The position numbers and the translations under genes were made by a program. Shown piece after piece: positions 50,129 to 62,036 of a DNA stretch of 64,000 nucleotides. Under the pieces are notes generated by a model that made no database searches, was not told the origin of the DNA, and saw only the letters and a program-made list of their open reading frames with translations. Each line of letters opens with the position of its first letter. The first letter of the stretch is position 1. The DNA is taken from the NCBI GenBank assembly GCA_035221665.1, contig CM069151.1:33914001-33978000 (forward strand). The letters are read 5' to 3'. The DNA is from Okamejei kenojei. Lineage: Eukaryota.

Positions 50129-50581
50129 GTAAGTGGGGAGAGGGAGGGTGTGCAGGGGCAGGTGGTGGTATGAAGGGCCCATCCCACCAAAGGGAGGCCC
50201 ATAGAGTTGGAGGCACGATCTAGAAACCAGGTGACTGGTCTTGATGTCCACGTGGGTGATGATGGTCAATTAAATCAGTGGGGTTGGGCCAGTAAGATGA
50301 AAATTGGTGGGTGCAGTGATGAGCAGGAGAGGGAATGGGATGGGCCTGTGTGATAGTGATGGGTATGAAGGGGAGTGATGAGTCAATGAGCAGCACAAAG
50401 GGAGGTAAATGGTGGGGATGGACTTGGTTCTGCATATTGAGTTTAATTGGGTCTGCAACTGACCGATTTATTAAACACTCTGCTACTGGTCCCGCGCTTC
50501 TCACATTCCAGCCTATGCATTGCAGTGGAATATGCTCCGAGTTAACTGTGTGGTAACCTTTGCATTTTGCATGTGCCGCAG

Positions 50582-50705
50582 GTATCTGTGGGTGAAGGGT
50601 GTCATCCACAGAAGGTGAAGGTGTATGGACCAGGTGTAGAAAAAACTGGACTAAAGGCCAATGAACCCACTTACTTCACAGTGGACTGCAGTGAAGCTGG
50701 TCAAG
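50582..50705 (+). CDS. FLNC: Filamin-C exon 15
   Basis: CCGCAG|; [41 protein letters not shown]; |GTGAGT; 124 nt. Confidence 0.95.
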
Positions 50706-50924
50706 GTGAGTCCCTGGGGTATCCTCCACCCAGGTCTTGCTGTTGTTTTTCAGAGTAGTGGAATAAACCCAACAACTTCAAACCAAATGCTAACCTTTTT
50801 TGGGGGGGTTTGGGGGAGAACCAGTTAATAAGGGATGATGTTATGGAGAAATTGCTACATCATAGGTATCAAAACCAGTTGCAGCATGGAAGAAGGCTAG
50901 GAATTGGTTCATTATTCTTGTGGT

Positions 50925-51450
50925 TACTGGGAAACGGTGAAAAACCTTGTTTTGTGATGCACTAGGGACAAATTGCTCTCCACACGAGTACAACAGGTAA
51001 TGCAGATGAGAAAGGAAACTGTTAGAATGTTGTGTTGCAGCTACAGAGAAAGTGTCAATATACAAAAAAGTGCAGGGGTTGCAGTGAGGTGGATTGGAAG
51101 GTCAGGAATCCATGACTATCAAATGAGGGGCCTGATCAAGAATCTGATAATAGTGGGGAAAGAAGCTTTTCATGAATCTGGTGGTATGTGGTCTTCCTTT
51201 TGCTTCTTCTGCCCAATGAGGGGCGAGCAGAGAGAGTGGTTGAGGTGTGAATAGTCCTCTATGTTGACATCTTTCCCTAGGCAATGTGACTTGTGGTTGG
51301 AGTCTGTTTTGGTGTAGTGCTGTGGGTTGAGGCTGGTTTTGTTTAATGAACTGGGCTGCATCTACAACTTTGCAATTTGTGGTTTTAAGCAGAGTAATTG
51401 CCAAATCAAGCTGTGATACATCTGGATGGGATGTTTTGTGTGGCAAAGGA
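50925..51450 (-). mobile_element. Decayed Rex1/Babar LINE 3' fragment
   Basis: TTRFMKSFFP motif and KVVDAAQFI in ORF 51102-51542. Confidence 0.6.
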
Positions 51451-51514
51451 ATGCAAAGGGATTTGAAGAACAAGTAATGGAGGATAGAAACAAAGAACTG
51501 CAGATGGTGTTTAA

Positions 51515-51643
51515 TACATAAGCTCACAAAGTGCTGGATCAACTAGCAAGTCGGGAAGCATCTCTGGAGAAACTGGATAGGTGACGTTTTGGTCAAGCAC
51601 TTTCTTCAGACTGACATTTTGGGTCGAGACCTTTCTTTAGATC
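51515..51643 (-). mobile_element. Penelope-derived repeat with two tandem hammerhead-like cores
   Basis: Minus strand CTAAAGAAAGGTCTCGACCCAAAATGTC AGT CTGAAGAAAGTGCTTGACCAAAACGTCACC. Confidence 0.65.
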
Positions 51644-51791
51644 CAGACCTCTTGTAAGCTGATAATTGTGAGATGATGCCGATAAATATGGTCTATCACT
51701 GTAGATGTGTAACAGCATGGTCCTCAATATTACAAACCATATTATAGGCTTGGGTGAATGCTGGGTTGACCTGTGACCTCTTCTCCAACAG

Positions 51792-51952
51792 GTGATGTGA
51801 GCATTGGCATCAAGTGTGCGCCAGGGGTTGTGGGACCAGCTGAGGCTGACATCGATTTCGACATCATCAAGAATGACAATGACACATTCACAGTGAAGTA
51901 CACTCCCCCGGCTGCTGGGCGCTACACCATCATGGTGCTGTTTGCTGACCAG
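51792..51952 (+). CDS. FLNC: Filamin-C exon 16
   Basis: CAACAG|; [41 protein letters not shown]; |GTACAT; 161 nt. Confidence 0.95.
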
Positions 51953-53202
51953 GTACATAATGCTGCGTGGACTCTGTTGCACCATTGCTGGGAGTTCCTT
52001 GCTTGCCCTATGAGGACTACGAGTTGGTGATTGCATCTCCCAAAGGAGATGCAAGCTGTTTGTCCTTCTCAGTTCATTAAAACCTGTGATTCTCGATGTC
52101 TGCACTACCTGGTATTGAGGGTAAACGGGAAGAATCTGTGGGTGGAGTGAGGTGAGGGATCAGTCTGGTTTTTGTACTGTAGACGGATGAAGGTGGATGA
52201 TTGTGCAATTAATAACGTGATTATCGGGTTAAAATAAACACTCTTTACTAGGTTGTTGGTAAATCCTGAAGGGTTGTGCAGTAGCTGGAGAACCTTCTGA
52301 ATATGATCAAGCCTTGCCCCGATGGTTTACCTACCATAATTCCCACCAAGATTTATAGCGCAACTCTGAAATCTCCAACTTGCTTTTTGTGGGGCTGTTG
52401 CAGACTTCCACAAACCAGGATGAAGACTGCATCCTGTCATCTCCCTTGGACTCCCTAGTTCGAAGTTTAAGATTCCTGCCACCCCTCCCCCTCCCGTCTT
52501 CAGAAGAGATTTCTCTCCATCTGTCAAATGAATCCTTTCTGTCTTTAATACCTGAATCACACCACTCCATGAACCTCTAGTCCAGGTATCATCTTTCCTT
52601 AATCCACAGGAGTACATTATTGTTATTCTGGTAAATTTGCACTGCGGCATTGAGGTGTAGTCCCCAAATTGGGGTCTATCCAGAGCTCATCCAGCTGCAG
52701 CACAATTCCAGGCCTCTTCAGGATAAAACCCAAGGTTCTGAGCTTGCAGATCTGCAACTAACTTGCAGATCATGCTGAATGCCGTTCAGCTCTGAATAGT
52801 CCAGATTAGTTATCTCCAGGACTGTGTAAAATGGAGCAGATTTAGTGCTTGTGAGAGCTTGTTCTTGCTTTTTGAACAAATAGATTTGTAAAAAGAGTAA
52901 ATTCTTTTTTAGAAAAGAGCTTTTTAGAAAAGAGCAGTTTGGCATGATGGAGTAAGAATGTTGCCTCGTGTATGCGTGTATGCATTTAACTTGAGCCCAT
53001 TGAGCCCAACACTGCGTAGTGTTGGGGGAGCATGATGGTTGCTCAGAGGCTGTGCGGGGACCTATCAGCTACCCCCGATAGACACTTGCAATCAATGTAA
53101 CTGGACCCCACATTATCAAGGTTGGGTTTATTTTGCTCATTACTGCACATGGGATCTTGCTGTGTAATTACGGTGGCCATTGCCGACAAAAGGAACCCGT
53201 TA

Positions 53203-53297
53203 ATTCTGAAGAAGAGTCTCGACCCAAAATGTCACCTATTCCTTCGCTCCATTGATGCTGCCTCACCTGCTGAGTTTCTCCAGCATTTTTGTCTACC
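53203..53297 (+). mobile_element. Penelope-derived short repeat with hammerhead-like core
   Basis: CTGAAGAAGAGTCTCGACCCAAAATGTCACC..GATGCTGCCTCACCTGCTGAGTTTCTCCAGC. Confidence 0.65.
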
Positions 53298-53780
53298 CTC
53301 GTTAATTCCCTAGTTTAAATAACAGTTGGGCATTTTGCTCCTTGTGGGGTGTGATGAGATTCCTTTAGTAGGGGAAATCTAGAAATAGGAGGTCATTTTT
53401 TAGAAAGGGGGTCTTTTCCGAGGGGGAGCTGGGGCAACAGAGTGTCTCGGAGGGTTGGAGAAGTGGAAATGTGATAGATTAGGAGGGACTGTGGACTTAA
53501 GGGTGCAATCTAATTGGACATAAATGATGAATGATTGGTCAATGAATGGCAGGGCAGCATCAAGGGAATAAGTAGGCCACTGCTCCTCATGGGTATGTTC
53601 CTTTTGAGAGGCATGGGTGGCATGGATAGAGCGTGGCAGAGCCTGGTTAATTCATTGTCAAAGTATTGTCTGAGATACATTAAGACAACATTTACTGTAT
53701 TTAATAGCACAATGTAGTGCATTGCCCGTTTTAACCTCCGTAGTCCCTGTTTTGGCGCATTTTTATTCACCAACCAACAA

Positions 53781-53807
53781 CCCCCCCCCCCCCCCCCCCC
53801 CCCCCCC
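53781..53807. repeat. C27 homopolymer
   Basis: 27 consecutive C, ending 67 nt upstream of exon 17. Confidence 0.9.
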
Positions 53808-53874
53808 ACAAATAAAACTACCATCCATGGCATTTGTATCTACCCTAACCATAGTCTGTCCAATTTATTTACAG

Positions 53875-53965
53875 GAGATTCCCATCAGTCCATTCTGCAT
53901 TAAAGTGGAGCCATCCCACGACGCTGGAAAGGTCAAGGCTGAAGGTCCCGGACTGAGCCGGACTG
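53875..53965 (+). CDS. FLNC: Filamin-C exon 17
   Basis: TTACAG|; [30 protein letters not shown]; |GTGAGG; 91 nt. Confidence 0.94.
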
Positions 53966-54414
53966 GTGAGGCAAAGCTGATCGACTGTGTGAGGTGTGAT
54001 CATTTAGTGGGTCACCAATCCTCCAGGACAATCCTGGACTTACCAGTAAATAACATCTCTCACACAGATGTTATTTACTGAGGGCTGTCAATTGTAAGAA
54101 ATTTAATTCTCAAACCCATATCATCCAAAACCATTTGGTCAGTGACAGTGCAGGTTCAATTGGCGAGAGGCCTCGACTTCTAATTCTAAACCTGACCATC
54201 ATGTACAGACTGAGCCCAGTGCTTAAGGCCTGTGTTAATGTGCAAACCCTCACTTTTGGGTGTGGCATAATTGGGAGTGGGGCTGGTGTCATGGATACAG
54301 GTTTGTGTGGGTATATTGATAAAAGCAGTGAGAGATGGGGTGGGTATTAGTTGCAGATGTCAGAGTTTATGGATCTGTACTGAACTCTGAATAAACTATG
54401 TATGTTGTTTACAG

Positions 54415-54584
54415 GTGTCGAGGTCGGGAAACCCACTCATTTCACGGTCAACACCAAAGGGGCTGGCAAAGCCACACTGGATGTGCAGTTCACTGGAGCC
54501 GCAAAGGGAGAGGCTGTTCGTGACTTTGAGATAATCGATAACCATGACTACTCCTACACAGTGAAATACACTGCTGTGCAGCAG
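54415..54584 (+). CDS. FLNC: Filamin-C exon 18
   Basis: TTACAG|; [28 protein letters not shown]; |GTGGGG; 170 nt. Confidence 0.94.
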
Positions 54585-54840
54585 GTGGGGGAATGATGAT
54601 GGGCTGAAAGTTGAGATGGGGTTGGGGTTTGCACCCGGGGGACACTTTGAATCCAGTGGCAAGTTGTATCCCGTGGGTTGGGAGTGGGGAGTTGTGCACT
54701 GATTGGTGCAGTTGGTTATCTTCTGTGGCAAATGTTTGGGTTTGGTTAGTTAAACGAGCTTGGAGTTGGGCATTGCATGCACTGACCAAAAGTTTACTGA
54801 AGTCTCTTTTAACAATCATTGGGCTGTGGTCTTGTTGCAG

Positions 54841-54958
54841 GGCAACATGATGGTGACGGTGACCTATGGAGGCGACCAGGTTCCGAAGAGTCCATTTACC
54901 GTTAATGTGGCTCCACCTCTTGACTTGAACAAGGTCAAGGTTCAGGGACTAAATAACA
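54841..54958 (+). CDS. FLNC: Filamin-C exon 19
   Basis: TTGCAG|; [33 protein letters not shown]; |GTAAGC; 118 nt. Confidence 0.94.
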
Positions 54959-55596
54959 GTAAGCATGAACACTTGGTGAATATCTTTTTGTCATCATGCT
55001 TAGAAACTATTGGCTTATATCAGTTGAGGCTGGTAGGAATGTACCCAAGATATCTCAGCATGACCCTCTTCCACAGTAAGCAGTCTCTGCTTTGTATATA
55101 TCAAAAACTGCAGTTGGTCTCTCCTGCCGCTCACTCTCCTCTCCACCCACTGTTAAGTATTGGTGTGTAATTCCTTGTGTTTTGTCTTTTCACCCATTGT
55201 GCCTTGTCCCTTGCATCACCATGGCTCTTCCAGCCTGTCATCTGTTGGCCCGCTGAAATCTGGCATCTAACTAATTCTCCATTTTTAAATTACTCCGCTG
55301 TTGCTGGTGATTTCTTCAGCTGCAGAGGTCCAGAGTTCTAGAAATGTATCTTAAAATCTCTGCTGTGTTCTGCTTTTTGCTTCCAAATGAGCCTCTTTGA
55401 CTGGCAGCATTACCACAGCTCTGATCACCAGTGAGGGCTGGGAGTTCAGTATCTGAATAGAGGCTTACGATTTCTGCCCTTTGATGTTGCATTCCGTGGT
55501 TCAGCTTAGTCTTTTGTAAAATAATTCATCTTTTAAAGTGCCGCAGGATATGCTACTCTGCTAAAGGTACACACATCTTGTGTGTTTGTGTTGCAG

Positions 55597-55859
55597 AAGT
55601 TGATGTGGGGAAGGATCAGGAATTCAGTGTCAATACTCGAGGTGCAGGGGGACAGGGGAAGGTTGACGTGAAGATCACATCTCCATCCCGCCGTCCCATC
55701 CCGTGCAAGGTGGAGACTGGACCTACCAGCGATGTTTACTCGGTCAAGTACATGCCGCCTGAGGAGGGACCATACAAGGTGGACGTTAGCTACGATGGAC
55801 ATCCAGTTCCTGGAAGCCCCTTCACTGTGGAGGGAGTCATGCCTCCTGACCCTACCAAG
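55597..55859 (+). CDS. FLNC: Filamin-C exon 20
   Basis: TTGCAG|; [27 protein letters not shown]; |GTGAGG; 263 nt. Confidence 0.94.
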
Positions 55860-56129
55860 GTGAGGACACCAATGTAGCAGTGGCTCACTGCATTGCAGGA
55901 GCTCTGTCTAACACTGAAGGCTCGGAGTTGGATATCCTGTGTACTTGTGGAACTGAAAATATTTTCTGCTCCCACCCCACCAACCCTGAATGGAAATAAT
56001 GCTCTTTCTGTTCTGCAACCCCCCCCCCCCCAATATTCATCCTCAGTCATTATCACATAAACAAAGAGATCATTATTACTTACCACTTTGTGAGAGCTTG
56101 ATTTACAGTACATGACTTTTCTTGTGTCG

Positions 56130-56560
56130 TAGCATTTAGAACAGTGTAGCATAGGAAGAGGCCCTTCAGCCCACCACATCTCTGCTCATCATGATGCCAA
56201 TTTAAACTGATCCTGTTGGCCTGGACATGGTCTATATCCCTCCATCTGCTTCCCATTCATATCCCTGCCTCTTAAATGTTGGTGTACGTGGTTCCAGCAC
56301 CAACCCTGGCCGTGTGCTCCAAGCCTCTACCACCTCTGTACCACTAGATATTTTATAAAAACCCGACTTGCAAATTATCTTTTTAAACTTTAGTCTTCAT
56401 CCTCTGTTCCAGCTAAAGCGATGCATGATTGCTCAATTGGTCCTTAATAAAACTAATCTTGTGTGATCCAGGCCACATCAGGGTGATGGTCTTCTGCATC
56501 CTCTCCAAAGCCTCCACATTATTCCTGTAATGTGGCGGTGACGAGAACCACACACAAGAG
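56130..56560 (-). mobile_element. Old CR1 3' fragment
   Basis: TAGAACAGTGTAGCATAGGAAGAGGCCCTTCAGCCCAC tail (reverse complement of a CR1 3' end). Confidence 0.6.
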
Positions 56561-56764
56561 TCCAATTGATCCTAACCACATGGCCAAAAATACTCGATTG
56601 GCAGTAAAGACATCGTGGAGTGTCCTGAGCTTGTGCAATATGTGAATAAAGCTTCCCAGTGATGATAGTTCTGTCAGAACAATTGCAGTTTGACATTCTG
56701 TATGGACCACACATGACTGCATGGGTCTGAGGGAGTTAAATGAGGCATTTTGATTGTATTTTAG

Positions 56765-57362
56765 GTGCGGGCCTATGGGCCAGGTCTCAAAGGTGGTGTG
56801 GTTGGAAAAGCAGCTCCCTTTGCCATTGATACCAAGGGTGCTGGCACCGGTGGTCTTGGATTGACTGTGGAAGGTCCTTGTGAAGCAAAAATTGAGTGCC
56901 AAGATAATGGTGATGGCTCCTGCTCCGTCTCATACCTTCCAACTGAGCCAGGTGAATACACAGTCAACATCCTGTTTGCTGAAGCCCATATTCCTGGCTC
57001 CCCCTTCAAGGCGGACATCAAGCCTGTCTTTGACCCGAGCAAGGTCACTGCCAGCGGACCTGGGCTCGAGCGCGGAAAGGTTGATGAGGCAGGAACGTTC
57101 ACTGTGGATTGTTCCAAGGCTGGGGAGGCTGAACTGACGATCGAGATCATCTCCGAGACTGGTGTGAAGGCGGAGGTTCACATTCAGAATAACAGCGACG
57201 GCACCTATACCATCACCTATATCCCACCATTCCATGGGATGTACACCATTACCATCAAGTATGGTGGGCATGCCGTACCCAAGTTCCCAGCTCGTGTCAG
57301 GGTCGATCCAGCAATTGACACAGCAGGAGTGAAGGTGTTTGGACCAGGAGTGGAGCCTCGTG
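56765..57362 (+). CDS. FLNC: Filamin-C exon 21
   Basis: TTTTAG|; [44 protein letters not shown]; |GTAAGA; 598 nt. Confidence 0.96.
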
Positions 57363-57766
57363 GTAAGACAATCTACACCCGCACCTACTGTTGCTATATG
57401 TGGATCCTGCAGTAGAGCTAGATTTGGGAGAATGCTATCTTTGAGACAAAGTGATGGAATAAACAGGCAATTAAATTGTTTGCAGAATTGGTTTCATTTT
57501 ACTGATTCCAATATTTTCCAGTGGCTGGGAGGGGAAGGTCCAGATGGGGAGCTGGTCTCTGTGGTTGGGAGAGTCTTTTGGTGGAGAGCTGTCCTCTTTG
57601 GGGAGTGTCTGTAACTATTCAATGACATCAAGTAATTTGTGGGTGTGGGGGGGATTGCTGGGGTTGTTAGTGGGTGTTGAGGATCTGTCGTGGAAATGAT
57701 CAGAACAGGATCACTGCTGTGGTGGGGGTAAAGAAGATTTAATCCCATTTTGATTCTCATTTTCAG

Positions 57767-57940
57767 GGGTACTCCGGGAGGTCACCACGGAATTTACTGT
57801 GGACTGTCGATCTATCAACAAGACTGGTGGGAGCCACATCAAGATTCGTATAGTTAATCCTTCAGGAGCCATGACTGACAGTTACATCAAAGACAATGTT
57901 GATGGCACCTACCATGTGGAGTACACAGCCTATGAAGATG
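57767..57940 (+). CDS. FLNC: Filamin-C exon 22
   Basis: TTTCAG|; [23 protein letters not shown]; |GTGAGT; 174 nt. Confidence 0.94.
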
Positions 57941-58620
57941 GTGAGTGATGCTTGCCGTATCTGTTTGAAGTTTTACATATTGCCTATTTTCTTGAACATA
58001 GTTTCCTGTTAGGTTTCCAGTCATTCTGAGTTCCATTTCTGGTGAAGTAATCCCACCAGCCTTTTGCAAACCTGTAGGGATGTGGGGCATTTGTGGTGAA
58101 AGTTAATGGACTTGCAGAAAAGATTACCCAGTCTCTGTCATCCAGGCAGACTGATATTGGGGACTGATCCCTGACTCCTACATTTGTTATTTCATGTTTT
58201 GATTGCTAATAAAAGGATCTTGCCCTACCTTTCCTCCTTTGTGTTGCAAGATTCCCTGCTCTCTTCCAAGTGAAGATGAGGGATATCTTTTTAACTTTGA
58301 AAGCAAAGGTCTTGATAAATGTTGAGGAAATGATTTGCCTAGATGTGATCACGGCTTAAAGTGGAACAGTCCTTCCACAGGATCATATTCCCCTCTGTCT
58401 GTTGACGGGCTCTTAGCTTTTGGTATAGCAGTGACTGTTGCTGAAGCTTCCCCGGATCATACATTCCTTTGGTGTGAGCAAGAGGTCCCTTAGTGGTATA
58501 TTTTAATGTGTAAAATCTAGGGGGTATTAGGGAAAGTGATGTTGGTTTCTGGGCAGTTTTGAGATGAGGAGCATTTTGTTGACGGCCTGCTGAGAGGGCA
58601 TGTTTTTATAGTTTAATTAA

Positions 58621-59380
58621 CTGGACCAAGTGGGACTCATCGGGTCCCTGTTACACGGGAGGCCTGATCCCCAATGCAACATGTTCCCCCAACGCAATAT
58701 TCCACCACTCACTCACTCATAGCCCCCACTGGAGGCCTGGTCCCCCAATGCAACCCATTCCCCAACTCCATATTCCACCACTCACCTGTTCCCCTAACGC
58801 AAGCCACTTCCCTAATGCAATATTACACCACTCACCCATAGCCCTCAACTGCACGGGCATGGCTCATTTCCCCTCATTCTCCAGCACTCCCTCCCCCTCC
58901 TCTTCACCCTCCCTCTTTTTAAACTTTAAAAAGAAATCCAATTCCCTGCCCCTGACCGTTACAATGTTTTGGAGTTGGAATTGGATTATTTTACAGTGAT
59001 AGGTTAAATGTTGCTTTAAAAAAAAATGTAAATGAGATCCCATTGTGGGGTGAAGCACTGCTCTTGGGCAGTTTATGTAAATGAGATCCCATTGTGATAT
59101 CGTAGCTGCTAACTGCCACTGCAACTTCAAGTGATTTTTTTTTTCCAAACTGGATTTTGTAATTTGAAAATATGAATAACTTGTAAAATATACCATCAAT
59201 CTGAACAAAACATGATAAAAACACACCGCAATAAAAACACGGGCCAATTGTGAGTAAGGTGGTCCAAAAATTGTGGAACTATCATGTGCCATTTTGGCAT
59301 AGTTCCGGGAGCACATGGGCACACACGCACGCACGCAGACAGACAGAATCACAAACAAGATGAGAGTTTTAGTAATATAT
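58621..59380 (-). mobile_element. Non-autonomous Helitron-like element A
   Basis: Minus-strand 3' end CCAG|T (variant of CTAG) at 58621 with GGGACTC-ATC-GGGTCCC hairpin at 58632-58648; terminus nearly identical to element B; internal direct repeats at 58658-58850. Confidence 0.65.
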
Positions 59381-59381
59381 A

Positions 59382-60022
59382 CTAGACCAAGTGCAGATTC
59401 GTTGGGTCTGCTCCCCCAACACACCCGTTCCCTACCAGTAACCCCCACGGGAGGCATGGTCCTTCAACTCGAGCCGTTTCCGAATGCAAGATTCCAGCAC
59501 CCCCAACCTCCCTCATCAGTGGGCTTAAAAAAAAAATCCAATTGCACCTGCGTGTTGCAATAGCAATTTGCCCTCCCCCTCCTGTGAGGTGAAAAGTTCA
59601 GTGTGCAAAAGTTCCTGTGTCGCAACATTGTATCAAAGTGTGTTGGAAGCTGGCAGGAATGATTTTAACAGTAAAAATCTTGTGAAAGTTGGCTTGTTTA
59701 AAGCTTTAATCGCGAATAACAAGAAATATAGGATGAAATCTTGAGTGAAGCTGATCATTGCTAGCCGAGCCATTGTGACATCATCAGTGGAAGCTGGTCG
59801 CTTTAAATTCAAAGTCTTTAGATGTTTTTAAATTTCTTACTTATCAGTAATAAGTTGAGAAATAAAGCATAAAATGTTCAGATAAGGTAATCTCGGCCTA
59901 GAGGGGAAATGTGTCAATCAGAATATGTAAAAATGTTATCGTTGCCGCTTAGTGTTTTTGCGAAGATGTAAAGACAACCACATCTACACACGTACTAGAT
60001 CAGACTTTTAATAAGTATATGA
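59382..60022 (-). mobile_element. Non-autonomous Helitron-like element B
   Basis: Minus strand begins A|TC (60022) and ends CTAG|T (59382); hairpin GCAGATTC-GTT-GGGTCTGC at 59393-59411, 11 nt from the end; no TSD. Confidence 0.75.
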
Positions 60023-60038
60023 TTTTTTTCTCTTTCAG

Positions 60039-60201
60039 GAATGCATATGATTGAAGTGCTCTATGATGATGTCCTAATCCCCAAAAGTCCATTCAGAGTT
60101 GGAGTCACTGAGGGCTGTGATCCTAGCCGTGTTCGGGCGTATGGTCCAGGTCTGGAAGGAGGTCTGGTGAACAAACCCAATAGGTTCACAGTGGAAACCA
60201 G
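60039..60201 (+). CDS. FLNC: Filamin-C exon 23
   Basis: TTTCAG|; [38 protein letters not shown]; |GTAAGG; 163 nt. Confidence 0.94.
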
Positions 60202-60630
60202 GTAAGGTGCAACCTTAAATAATGTATAAAAGTTGGGTCTTCACAGGGATACATTTAATTGCTTCTGTTGTCTACATGGACTGTCCCTTCTTGTGGCCAT
60301 CTCCAACCATTAAATATCCAAAAGGAGTTTTTCCTATTATCTCTCATAGAAATGAAAGATACCTTGGATTATTTTCTCATGTTTGCATTTCCCCAAGCCC
60401 ACTGGCCCTGGCTTTCATTGACTATTCTTGGATCTTGTGTCATAAGGACACACCAATGTCTTGATGACATTCCATCTGCACCAATCCCAATAAGCATTAA
60501 CCCTCTTTATACATCTCCCTTCAGAAGGGAATGTGACCCTACCTTCCATTTGCTGATCCGCAATTACCCTCTATGGGTTGGAGCAACACTGTGATACTGA
60601 TCCCTTGTGATACTGATCATTTCTAAGGAT

Positions 60631-60725
60631 CAGTCTGAAGAAGGGTCTCGACCAGAAACATCACCTATTCCTTCTCTCCATAGATGCTTCCTGACCTGCT
60701 GAGTTACTCCAGCATTTTATGTCTA
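60631..60725 (+). mobile_element. Penelope-derived repeat with the best-preserved minimal hammerhead core
   Basis: CAGT CTGAAGA (60635-60641) AG GGTC TC GACC A GAAAC (60655-60659) ATC ACC. Confidence 0.7.
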
Positions 60726-60939
60726 TTTCTAAGAATGCGCCATGGGATTGGGGACTTCCCAACAAAGCCAAAATTTGAAGCTTGTTTGGGATGGTTGTGA
60801 GGGGGTGGAAACAAACAAAATGTCATGAATTGGTTTACTGATTTTCGACATTACATCTGAACCTGTAACCTGAGCTATGCTCATCTTTACCTTTAACTTG
60901 GCCTGACTATCTTCCTCTCTACTTTTTTTTCTCCTTTCA

Positions 60940-60980
<41 letters not shown>
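60940..60980. repeat. (TC)n microsatellite in the exon 24 polypyrimidine tract
   Basis: Direct TC run ending 30 nt upstream of the acceptor at 61010. Confidence 0.9.
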
Positions 60981-60982
<2 letters not shown>

Positions 60983-61010
60983 TTATCCCCTCCCTCCACT
61001 CTCTGCTCAG

Positions 61011-61171
61011 GGGTGCAGGCACTGGAGGCCTGGGACTGGCCATCGAGGGCCCCTCTGAGGCGAAAATGTCCTGCAAGGACAACAAAGATGGCAGTTGCAG
61101 TGTTGAGTACATCCCTTTCACTCCTGGAGACTACGATGTCAACATAACGTTTGGGGGGCACCCGATTCCAG
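61011..61171 (+). CDS. FLNC: Filamin-C exon 24
   Basis: GCTCAG|; [41 protein letters not shown]; |GTGAGC; 161 nt. Confidence 0.95.
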
Positions 61172-61868
61172 GTGAGCAGTTCTGCCCAGCCTTGCACCGA
61201 GGGATACCTTGTCCCAGTGACAAACGGAAGCAGTTCAGCAACTGATGTATTGGGCCAGTCCAAGGCCAGTGAGGATCAGAGCTCTTCTCTAGTCTTCTAA
61301 CATTGCCTCTCTCTGGCCTGCTCCATGTGCCTCCTCTGCAGCAAAATCATAACACTTCTTAAAAATGTGTAAAATAAGGGAACTGAGAGGCCATGTGGCC
61401 CTTTCAAATTGTTCTACCATTCAGTGTTCATTGCTGAATGTCCATTGCTATTCCCTTTTCTCATTTATTCCCATATCCTCAATTCCTTCAGAGTGCAAAG
61501 ATCCATTTTGAATCGGTATCCACAGCCGTCGGGAATAGAACATTCTAAAGCTTTGCCATTCTGCTGGGGAGGGGGAGGATGTGAAAGTTCTTGCCGTGAG
61601 CACAATGGCTGCCAATTAATACTCCAGTGTTTTTACTGAGACCATCATTCATCTAAATTCTGGAGAATATAGGCCCCTCCAAACTGCCTTTTCCACATTT
61701 GGGCTGCCTTCTTAAATCAACTGAGTGTACCTCTTATTTCAAACTCTCCACTGTGCACTGTGGGTTAACTGAAGCTGTTGATGTCTCCACTTTTCTATTA
61801 GCTTGTATGCTGTTTGTATTTTGCTGGGGCAAATCAAGACGAGGTGTGATGCTTGTTTGTGTTGATAG

Positions 61869-62036
61869 GAAGTCCCTTCCGTGTGCCAGTGAAGGAATTG
61901 GTCGATCCCAGCAAAGTGAAGTGCTCGGGTCCTGGCTTGGGCACAGGAGTACGTGCACATGTGCCGCAGACGTTTACAGTTGATTGCAGCAAAGCTGGGC
62001 TGGCACCACTTGAAGTGCTGGTCCTTGGGCCCACAG
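61869..62036 (+). CDS. FLNC: Filamin-C exon 25
   Basis: TGATAG|; [30 protein letters not shown]; |GTAAAT; 168 nt. Confidence 0.94.

Noticed and set aside
53781-53807. C27 run as a functional G-quadruplex or polyproline coding stretch
   Set aside because: Intronic homopolymer whose length is prone to sequencing error; no supporting context.
56773-57271. Antisense ORFs over FLNC exons (also 24342-24679 and 55533-55802)
   Set aside because: Shadow frames of real coding exons with no independent evidence.
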